In this document: piece after piece, positions 20,680 through 26,493 of the stretch | Numbering within the stretch: the first letter of the stretch is position 1 | Layout of the letters: the number at the start of each line of letters is the position of its first letter | NCBI GenBank assembly: GCA_963750165.1 | Contig: CAVVPN010000010.1 | Coordinates: 64,001 to 128,000 of the forward strand | Length of the DNA: 64,000 nt | Direction of reading: 5' to 3' | Source: an uncultured Gemmataceae bacterium | Lineage (GTDB): Bacteria; Planctomycetota; Planctomycetia; Gemmatales; Gemmataceae | The notes under the pieces: generated by a model | Databases searched by the model: none | What the model was told of the DNA's origin: nothing | What the model saw: the letters and a program-made list of their open reading frames with translations, nothing else | Made by a program: the position numbers and the translations under genes

Positions 20680-21396
20680 TCAGTGCTCCGTGAGGGGGGC
20701 GGCCAGGTCCGAGGGTTCCTTGTTCGAGACGACGCGGCCGTCGCTCATGGCGATGATGCGGCGGCCGAACTTGAAGATGCGGTTGTCGTGCGTCACCACG
20801 ATCACGCCGCGGCCCGGCTGGACCGCTATCTTCGTAAGCAACTCCATGACGGTCTGGCCGGAGTGGGCGTCAAGGGCGGCGGTCGGCTCGTCGCAGACGA
20901 GCAATTTCGGCTCGTGGATGAGGGCGCGGGCGATGGCGACGCGCTGCTGCTGGCCGCCGGACAGCTGGTTCGGCAGCGCCTGAACGCGCGGCCCCAGGCC
21001 GAGCTGCGTGAGCAATTCCGCGGCGCGGACAACGGCCTGGCGGCGCGGCCGGCCGGCGATCAGCAGCGGCACCGCGGCGTTCTCGGCGGCGGTCAGCGCC
21101 GGCAACAGGTTGTACTGCTGGAAGACGAAGCCGATGTTGTCGCCGCGGAAGCGCACCTTGCGGCCGCCGGACATGCGCGTCAGATCCTGGCCGAGCACAT
21201 TCACGGTGCCGCGCGTCGGTTCCAGCAAACCGGCGATGATCGACAGCAGGGTGGTCTTGCCGCAGCCGCTGGGGCCGACCAGCAGCGTCATCTCGCCGGC
21301 GAACACATCAAGGTCCACGCCGTCGAGGGCCTTCGTCTTCGATTCGCCCTGGCCGAACTCCTTCGTGACGCAGCGGCAGTGGACAACGGTGGACAT
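20680..21396 (-). CDS. ABC transporter ATP-binding protein (LolD/DevA-like)
   Basis: [33 protein letters not shown]. Confidence 0.92.
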   Translation of the reverse strand: MSTVVHCRCVTKEFGQGESKTKALDGVDLDVFAGEMTLLVGPSGCGKTTLLSIIAGLLEPTRGTVNVLGQDLTRMSGGRKVRFRGDNIGFVFQQYNLLPALTAAENAAVPLLIAGRPRRQAVVRAAELLTQLGLGPRVQALPNQLSGGQQQRVAIARALIHEPKLLVCDEPTAALDAHSGQTVMELLTKIAVQPGRGVIVVTHDNRIFKFGRRIIAMSDGRVVSNKEPSDLAAPLTEH

Positions 21397-21413
21397 GATT
21401 GCCTCGAAAACGA

Positions 21414-21528
21414 TTCACCACAAAGACACAAAGAGCACAAAGGAAAAGGCGAAGAGGAGGAATTCATTTGATCAATGCATTTCTGTTCTTTGCCTTTTCC
21501 TTTGCGCTCTTTGTGTCTTTGTGGTGAA
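21414..21528. repeat. REP-like inverted repeat, family C (CACCACAAAGACACAAAG)
   Basis: 9-mer iterated arms in inverted orientation; relatives at 38231-38336 and 50472-50499. Confidence 0.75.
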
Positions 21529-21535
21529 CCCTTCT

Positions 21536-22674
21536 TCATCCGCGGAACACGATGGCCGCCTCCAGCACGAGCACCTTGCGCATGCTCAGCAGGCTCGCCA
21601 GCACGGCGATGACCAGCACCGCTGCCGCCGTGCCGGCCATCACCTGCCAGCGCATGTAGAACCCGGCGAGAGCGACCACGTTCGCGGTCGATTCAAAGAA
21701 CAGCGCCGCCAGACCGACGCCCAGGCCGTAACCCAGCACCGCCACCACGGCCGCCTGCAACAGGATCATGCCCACCAGCCGCAGGTTGCTCACGCCCATC
21801 GCCTTCAGCGCCCCGAACTGCTTCAGATTTTCGATCGTAAACAGGTAGAACGTCTGTCCCGCGATGGCCACGCCGACGATGAAGCCCAGCGCCACCGTGA
21901 TGCCGAAATTCACCGGAATGCCCGTGAAACGCAGGTAAAACGCGATCGTGCGGTCGGAGAACTCGTCCGCCGTCAACGCCATCCGGCCCGTCTGCTGCTC
22001 GATGCGCGCGCTCAACTCCGGCAGCGACTGGCCCGGCTCCGCCTTGGCCAGCACGAACGTCATCATGTTGCGCTCCCTCGGCGCGAAGAAGATCGCCTGG
22101 CTGTAGCGTGCATACACGACGGGCAACGACTGAAACGGCGCTCCCGCCTTGCAGACGCCGACCAGCACCGCCCGGCGGTCGTTCATCTCCAGCACCTTGC
22201 CCAGCTCCACCGGCTGGTCCGGCCACAAATAGGTATAGCCCGCCTCATCGATGATAATTGCGTCGGGCTTGCGCAGGTCGGCGAGGTTGCCCAGCACCAT
22301 CTCCGCGGGGCGCCGACGAGCGTGTCATCGTCGATGCCCATGAGGAGGATTTGGCGGAAGTTGCCGTCGCTGAGCCGGGCCCGCGCGTTGCTCTTGTGCA
22401 GCGGCACCGCCCAGGCGACGCCCGGCACACTGCGGACGCGCTGCAGGTCCGTCGGCCGCAGGGCCGGCACCTCTTCGACGTAACGCACCTTCGCGTCCAT
22501 CACCCACAGGTCGGGCTCGCGCACGTCGCGGATCTGACTGGTGGTGCGCTGCAACAGGCTGATGAAGATCGACACCTGGTGCGCGATCAGCAACGACGCG
22601 AACATCACGCCAAAGACGATGCCGAGAAACTTGCTGCGGTCGCCCGTCAACATCTTGAAGGCCAGCCAGGTCAT
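21536..22674 (-). CDS. ABC transporter permease (FtsX/MacB/DevC-like; frameshift near 22300)
   Basis: LAFKMLTGDRSKF N-terminus; FGALKAMG and C-terminal TMs in a second frame. Confidence 0.85.
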
Positions 22675-22696
22675 GTCCGCTCCTCCGCGCAGGCTG

Positions 22697-23356
22697 TTAC
22701 ACCGATTTCGCAGACCGCTTTTTCGCCTTTTTGGCGGCCGGCGCCGCCGTCAGCGCCGCCAGGCAGAAGTCGGCGATGTGCTCCGCCAGGCGCTCGGCGG
22801 TGTAGGTGCGGGCCTCCTCCTCGCCGACGAGCTGCACGATGATGCTGCGGGCGCAGCGGTGGTGGATGCACTGGCCGATGATGCTCAGCACGATCAGGTG
22901 GCGCGCGTCCGACGGCGTGTCCGGTGCCACGAAGTCATCGACGATGCTCAGCAAGAGGTCGAAGTGCGGCCGGGCGAAATCACGGACGAAGGCAGCGCAG
23001 GCGGCCGACGGCTGGCTTAGTTCGCGGCCGACCAGTTGCATGTGCCAGGCCGGCCGGCCGTCGCCGATCAGCCCGGCGGTGAAGTGGCGCACGAACTCGC
23101 GCAGCCGTTCCTCGCGTGGCGTGCCCGGCGGCCAGCTCGGCATGTCCTCGGCGCTGTGGCGGCAGGCGAACGCTTTCTGCACTGTCTCGACGTACAGCCG
23201 CTCCTTGTCGCCGAAGTAGTAGTTGACCGCGGCAATATTGGCGGCGCCCGCGCGCTTGCAGATGTCGCGCACCGTCGCCGCCTCGAAGCCCTTGGCCGCG
23301 AAGATTTCGCCGGCGGCCTGCAGCAGGGCGGCCCTGGTGTCCTCGTTCAGTGTCAT
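22697..23356 (-). CDS. TetR-family regulator (CecR/YbiH-like)
   Basis: FAAKGFEAATVRDICKRAG..AAVNYYFGDKERLY HTH; heads the efflux operon. Confidence 0.9.
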   Translation of the reverse strand: MTLNEDTRAALLQAAGEIFAAKGFEAATVRDICKRAGAANIAAVNYYFGDKERLYVETVQKAFACRHSAEDMPSWPPGTPREERLREFVRHFTAGLIGDGRPAWHMQLVGRELSQPSAACAAFVRDFARPHFDLLLSIVDDFVAPDTPSDARHLIVLSIIGQCIHHRCARSIIVQLVGEEEARTYTAERLAEHIADFCLAALTAAPAAKKAKKRSAKSV

Positions 23357-23381
23357 GGCTGCATCCGGGAAAGGAACGAGC

Positions 23382-23432
23382 GTTTCAAACTAAGATTGAA
23401 ACCATTGTAGCAAACAGTTGTTTTAATGGCAA
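23382..23432 (-). promoter_or_regulatory. Sigma-70 promoter with probable TetR operator
   Basis: TTGCCA-N17-TACAAT (23432-23404, extended -10 TG); inverted repeat GTTTCAA-N7-TTGAAAC at 23382-23402. Confidence 0.7.
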
Positions 23433-23447
23433 GCAAAAAAAGAGGAA

Positions 23448-23500
23448 TCCGAGCCCGAGCGCCAGCGCGGGGCCAACGCTGCCCCGCGCTCGGGCTCGGA
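23448..23500. repeat. REP-like inverted repeat, family B
   Basis: CCGAGCCCGAGCGCCAGCGCGGGG...CGCTCGGGCTCGG. Confidence 0.75.
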
Positions 23501-23529
23501 CCAACCGCGAAAATCATGGCGTTTCCAGA

Positions 23530-24300
23530 TTACCCGGCCGACTTGAGCAGTTGCTTCGCCCGGCTCACCCAACGGCCATCGCGGCGGCGGGCCGGGCCGG
23601 ACGTGAAGTGATAGTCCGCCAACCCCTGCTCCACCACGCGCCGCGCCTCGTCGCGCGCGTCGGTGTCCATCAGGTGTTCGGCCAGCAGACAGCGGTGCTC
23701 CAGGCGCGGCGCCACGCGGGCGAGTTCGCGGCAGTGGACCAGGGCCGCGACCGATTCGCCGGCGTCGTCGCAGACCGTGACGAGCGTGCGGAACGCCTCG
23801 TAGTCGCGCCAGTTGGGCTGCTTGGCGACGAGCTTTTCCAGCAGCGGCATGGCCAGTTCGGGCTGCCCCAAACCGCGTCGCGCCTGCGCCAGCAGGAACA
23901 GTGCCTCGCAGTGCTCCGGCTCGCGCGCGAGCATCGCCTCCAGGTGCGGCGCCGCCTCGGCGCACTCGCCGACCTCGACCAGGCGCTCGCCCAGCTCGAA
24001 GCGGTTGGCGACGGTCGGCGTCTGCTCCGCCCGATAGCGCAGCTCCTGCAGCGACGGCCTGCGGTTGAACAGGATGGTCAGCCAGCCGGGGCGCTGGCTG
24101 TGGCCGCCCTGGAAGTCCTTGACCTTGTGCGTGAAGAAATACGCCCAGGCGCCGAAGGGCTGGAAGATGAGGATCATCCAGAACCACTGCGATTCGACGC
24201 CGCGGCGGTTGGCGTCCACGAGCATCCAAACCGTGAACGCCGCCTGCACCAGGAACAGCGGCGACAGGCCGTAATACAGGTAGGGGTCGTAATAGGGCAT
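23530..24300 (-). CDS. Membrane-anchored tetratricopeptide repeat protein
   Basis: Two N-terminal TMs, then PTVANRFELG and TPR-like helices. Confidence 0.8.
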   Translation of the reverse strand: MPYYDPYLYYGLSPLFLVQAAFTVWMLVDANRRGVESQWFWMILIFQPFGAWAYFFTHKVKDFQGGHSQRPGWLTILFNRRPSLQELRYRAEQTPTVANRFELGERLVEVGECAEAAPHLEAMLAREPEHCEALFLLAQARRGLGQPELAMPLLEKLVAKQPNWRDYEAFRTLVTVCDDAGESVAALVHCRELARVAPRLEHRCLLAEHLMDTDARDEARRVVEQGLADYHFTSGPARRRDGRWVSRAKQLLKSAG

Positions 24301-24449
24301 GACCGCACATGGGTTGAAAGGGCGACTGCTTTCCCCGCAATGGTAGCGGGGCGGGGGGAGATTGCAACCGCAGAAGGGGCGTCCGGTCGCTTTTCCGGTG
24401 CGCTGCCAGCGACGGCAGGTGCAGCGCAACCGCTCCGGAGAACGATCCC

Positions 24450-24563
24450 ATGTCGAGCGAACCCACGGTACTCGAGCGCAACCGGGAACTGGCCATGCGC
24501 ATCAACGCGGAAGCACGGCGGGATCCGCAATCGCCGTCAATCGGAGTCAAGAGAGAGGAGTAG
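24450..24563 (+). pseudogene. Possible 5-prime gene fragment (37 aa) abutting the tRNA array
   Basis: GGAG SD + MSSEPTVLERNRELAMRINAEARRDPQSP.., stop overlaps the last tRNA. Confidence 0.35.
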
Positions 24564-24633
24564 TCCCAGGTGGACTCGAACCACCGATCTTCCCCAGGTC
24601 AAGGGGCTGTCCTGGCCGCTGAACGATGGGACT
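24561..24633 (-). tRNA. tRNA-Val(GAC)
   Basis: Acceptor AGTCCCA/TGGGACT, anticodon loop TTGACCT, T arm GGTGG-TTCGAGT-CCACC; no CCA. Confidence 0.75.
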
Positions 24634-24643
24634 CTGTTTTCAG

Positions 24644-24716
24644 TACCCCGACCAGGAGTTGAACCCGGAACGCCTCGTTCGAAGCGAGGTATGATGATCC
24701 GTTTCACCATCGGGGC
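24644..24716 (-). tRNA. tRNA-Arg(TCG)
   Basis: GCCCCGA/TCGGGGT, CCTCG-CTTCGAA-CGAGG, T loop TTCAACT. Confidence 0.85.
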
Positions 24717-24721
24717 AAGAG

Positions 24722-24807
24722 CGGAAGGCAAGGGATTTGAACCCTCATACCCTGACGGGCGCACTGTTTAGCAAACAGGCCCGGCGAACCGTATCCGGCT
24801 ACCCTCC
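24722..24807 (-). tRNA. tRNA-Ser(GCT)
   Basis: GGAGGGT/GCCTTCC, loop TTGCTAA, long variable arm, G73. Confidence 0.85.
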
Positions 24808-24817
24808 GTTAGCGCAG

Positions 24818-24889
24818 TGGACCCACCGGGAATTGAACCCGGATTTTCAGTCTGCCGAACTGATGTCCTCCCGGTTGGACGATGAGCCC
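24818..24889 (-). tRNA. tRNA-Ala(GGC), C33
   Basis: G3:U70 pair, TCAGT-TCGGCAG-ACTGA. Confidence 0.8.
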
Positions 24890-24900
24890 ATTGATTGCAG

Positions 24901-24974
24901 TGGAGACGATGGGAATCGAACCCATCCCAGGTTGCTTGCAAGGCATCCTCGCCGCCCTTGGCACATGCGCCCCC
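24901..24974 (-). tRNA. tRNA-Ala(TGC)
   Basis: GGGGGCG/CGTCTCC with G3:U70, loop CTTGCAA; atypical D arm. Confidence 0.75.
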
Positions 24975-24985
24975 ACAAATGGCAG

Positions 24986-25057
24986 TGATCCCGGATGGAC
25001 TCGAACCATCGTTGCCTGGACGTGGCCCAGGAGTCGTGGCCGCTGGACCACGGGATC
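24986..25057 (-). tRNA. tRNA-Val(CAC), G32/C33
   Basis: GATCCCG/CGGGATC, CCTGG-GCCACGT-CCAGG, TTCGAGT. Confidence 0.7.
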
Positions 25058-25071
25058 ATCACAGCAGTCAG

Positions 25072-25150
25072 TGACCGAGGTGGGATTTGAACCCACAAAC
25101 AGATCACCAGGCTCTCGACCTGGTCGCTTTGCCAGTTTGCGTACTCGGCC
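25072..25150 (-). tRNA. tRNA-Leu(GAG), C33, short variable region
   Basis: GGCCGAG/CTCGGTC, CCAGG-TCGAGAG-CCTGG, 10-nt variable region. Confidence 0.75.
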
Positions 25151-25158
25151 GTCAGCAG

Positions 25159-25227
25159 TCGCGGGTCCGGGAGTCGCGCCCGGAGAGCTGGGATTATGAG
25201 CCCCGGCTGGAAACTCTTCCACCCGCC
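25159..25227 (-). tRNA. Degenerate tRNA-Met(CAT), initiator-like
   Basis: Loop CTCATAA closed by GGG/CCC, 1:72 mismatch, shrunken D arm, T loop CGCGACT. Confidence 0.55.
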
Positions 25228-25229
25228 AG

Positions 25230-25314
25230 TGACCAGGGGGAGACTTGAACTCCCACGCCTGTGATGAGGCACGGCCTTCTGAGGACCGCGTGTCTGCCAT
25301 TCCACCACCTGGCC
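25230..25314 (-). tRNA. tRNA-Leu(CAG)
   Basis: GGCCAGG/CCTGGTC, loop CTCAGAA, normal long variable arm. Confidence 0.9.
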
Positions 25315-25327
25315 ATGAACCAATCAG

Positions 25328-25400
25328 TAGCCCGTGCGGGAATCGAACCCGCGTCCTCAGCTTGAGGGGCTGAGATCCTGTGCCGTTAGAAGAACGGGCC
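25328..25400 (-). tRNA. tRNA-Glu(CTC), C33
   Basis: GGCCCGT/ACGGGCT, TCAGC-CCCTCAA-GCTGA, TTCGATT. Confidence 0.8.
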
Positions 25401-25404
25401 GCAG

Positions 25405-25484
25405 TGTGTCGGGCAGGAGTCGAACCTGCAAGGCTAACGCGGACGGGTTACAGCCGTCTGGGCCTGCCAGTGCCCAACCAACAC
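25405..25484 (-). tRNA. tRNA-Tyr(GTA)
   Basis: GTGTTGG/CCGACAC, GACGG-CTGTAAC-CCGTC, 12-nt variable region. Confidence 0.8.
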
Positions 25485-25494
25485 AGCACTTCAG

Positions 25495-25572
25495 TAGCGC
25501 GGGCGAGGGTCGAACTCGCAGTCGATCACCAAGGTTTGAGCTTGGCCGCTTTGCCAGTTTGCGTACCGCGCC
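25495..25572 (-). tRNA. tRNA-Leu(CAA), short variable region
   Basis: GGCGCGG/CCGCGCT, CCAAG-CTCAAAC-CTTGG, 9-nt variable region. Confidence 0.8.
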
Positions 25573-25577
25573 GTCAG

Positions 25578-25650
25578 CGCCCCGACGGGATTTGAACCCG
25601 CGATCTCCACCTTGACAGAGTGGCGAGGACTCCAGCTCCTCTACAGGGAC
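25578..25650 (-). tRNA. tRNA-Asp(GTC)
   Basis: CCACT-CTGTCAA-GGTGG, G73; acceptor 3-prime strand one base short (possible indel). Confidence 0.75.
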
Positions 25651-25659
25651 GTATCTCAG

Positions 25660-25733
25660 TAGCGCCGGTGGGAGTCGAACCCACAGCAGTTCTGGTTCTA
25701 AGCCAGAATGGTCGTCCGGTTGCCTACAGCGCC
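25660..25733 (-). tRNA. tRNA-Leu(TAG), no variable arm
   Basis: GGCGCTG/CGGCGCT, TCTGG-CTTAGAA-CCAGA, 74 nt. Confidence 0.75.
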
Positions 25734-25748
25734 GTTCGATCACCGAAG

Positions 25749-25822
25749 TGCGCGGGGTGGGAGTCGAACCCACAATCACCTGGGTTTAAGCCAGGCCGCT
25801 CTGCCGATTGGCGTACCCGGGC
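25749..25822 (-). tRNA. tRNA-Leu(TAA), no variable arm
   Basis: CCTGG-CTTAAAC-CCAGG, 5-nt variable loop TGATT, TTCGACT. Confidence 0.8.
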
Positions 25823-25829
25823 AAAACAG

Positions 25830-25901
25830 TTCGGGGAGAAGGGGTCGAACCTTCGTTGCCAGATTCAGAGTCTGGCGGCCTACCAGTTAGCCGATCCCCG
25901 A
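25830..25901 (-). tRNA. tRNA-Gln(CTG)
   Basis: TCGGGGA/TCCCCGA (U1:A72), CCAGA-CTCTGAA-TCTGG. Confidence 0.85.
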
Positions 25902-25920
25902 ATCTATGTCTCCGCTTCAG

Positions 25921-25993
25921 TAGGGCCGGTGGGACTCGAACCCACGTCTCATCGCTTAAAAGGCGAGCGCTCTGACCGCTGAGCTACGACCCC
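25921..25993 (-). tRNA. tRNA-Lys(TTT)
   Basis: GGGGTCG-TAGCTCAGCGGTCAGAGC, loop CTTTTAA, TTCGAGT. Confidence 0.9.
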
Positions 25994-26035
25994 ATGTGGG
26001 ATGCGTAGCCGACGTTTACCAGGTGCTTGTCGCAT
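25949..26035 (-). CDS. Putative 28-aa mini-ORF overlapping tRNA-Lys
   Basis: AGGAG SD 8 nt before ATG; MRQAPGKRRLRIPHGVVAQRSERSPFKR*. Confidence 0.35.
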   Translation of the reverse strand: MRQAPGKRRLRIPHGVVAQRSERSPFKR

Positions 26036-26054
26036 GACCGCTGCTCCTGTCGAG

Positions 26055-26125
26055 TAGTCCGGGGTGGAGTTGCACCACCACTGACGACGTATCAGATCGC
26101 CGTGCTCCTGTTACACCACCAGACT
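26055..26125 (-). tRNA. tRNA-Ile(GAT), atypical T loop
   Basis: AGTCTGG/CCGGACT, GCGAT-CTGATAC-GTCGT, T loop TGCAACT. Confidence 0.7.
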
Positions 26126-26144
26126 GTCTGCTCCGGCCCCGTCC

Positions 26145-26180
26145 AACGAAAAAGGCCGGGTGTTTCGTGACACCCGGCCT
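26145..26180 (-). terminator. Intrinsic terminator (attenuator) upstream of the tRNA array
   Basis: 11-bp stem AGGCCGGGTGT/ACACCCGGCCT, 6-nt loop, TTTTCGTT tail, 20 nt before the first tRNA. Confidence 0.8.
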
Positions 26181-26209
26181 GAAGCGTTCTCTTCAGTGCG
26201 TTCGCGGGG

Positions 26210-26311
26210 TCACAAGTTGAGACGATCAAGAGCCAGCAGTTTGCGCTGATAGGCCGCGACGGCCTGCAACGCCTGCTGTTCAAGCACCAGACTGATCACG
26301 GAATAACGCAT
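26210..26311 (-). CDS. Putative attenuator leader peptide (33 aa)
   Basis: MRYSVISLVLEQQALQAVAAYQRKLLALDRLNL*; stop codon lies in the antiterminator strand; SD weak. Confidence 0.6.
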   Translation of the reverse strand: MRYSVISLVLEQQALQAVAAYQRKLLALDRLNL

Positions 26312-26369
26312 GGTATTGTCGATCGTCTCAAGAAGGTTAATGAGGTTCAGGATCGCCTCGCACACATAA

Positions 26370-26394
26370 GACGGCTAACCCTTTCGTTTGGTTC
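26370..26394 (-). promoter_or_regulatory. Putative ECF sigma promoter for the leader/tRNA array
   Basis: GAAC-N17-CGTC preceded by an A-rich tract (TTTGAAAAAAT). Confidence 0.55.
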
Positions 26395-26493
26395 GCCGAT
26401 TTTTTCAAATTCTTTCGGTCGTTGCGTCCTACGGAAGATGAGACGCCGACCCCCACCAGTTGGTTCGCTGTGAATCCAAAAATATTTCGCGGC

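Noticed and set aside
25660..25822. TAG and TAA anticodons as nonsense suppressors or genetic-code change
   Set aside because: Anticodons TAG/TAA read CUA/UUA (Leu); suppressors would be CTA/TTA/TCA. All three stops are used normally in the window.
24537..25982. ORF-track entries across the tRNA array
   Set aside because: Fully explained by tRNA sequence; no protein-like signal.
24561..26125. Regularly spaced repeats suggestive of CRISPR
   Set aside because: The repeats are tRNA T-arm motifs (GGA.TCGAACC); no constant repeat and no cas genes.
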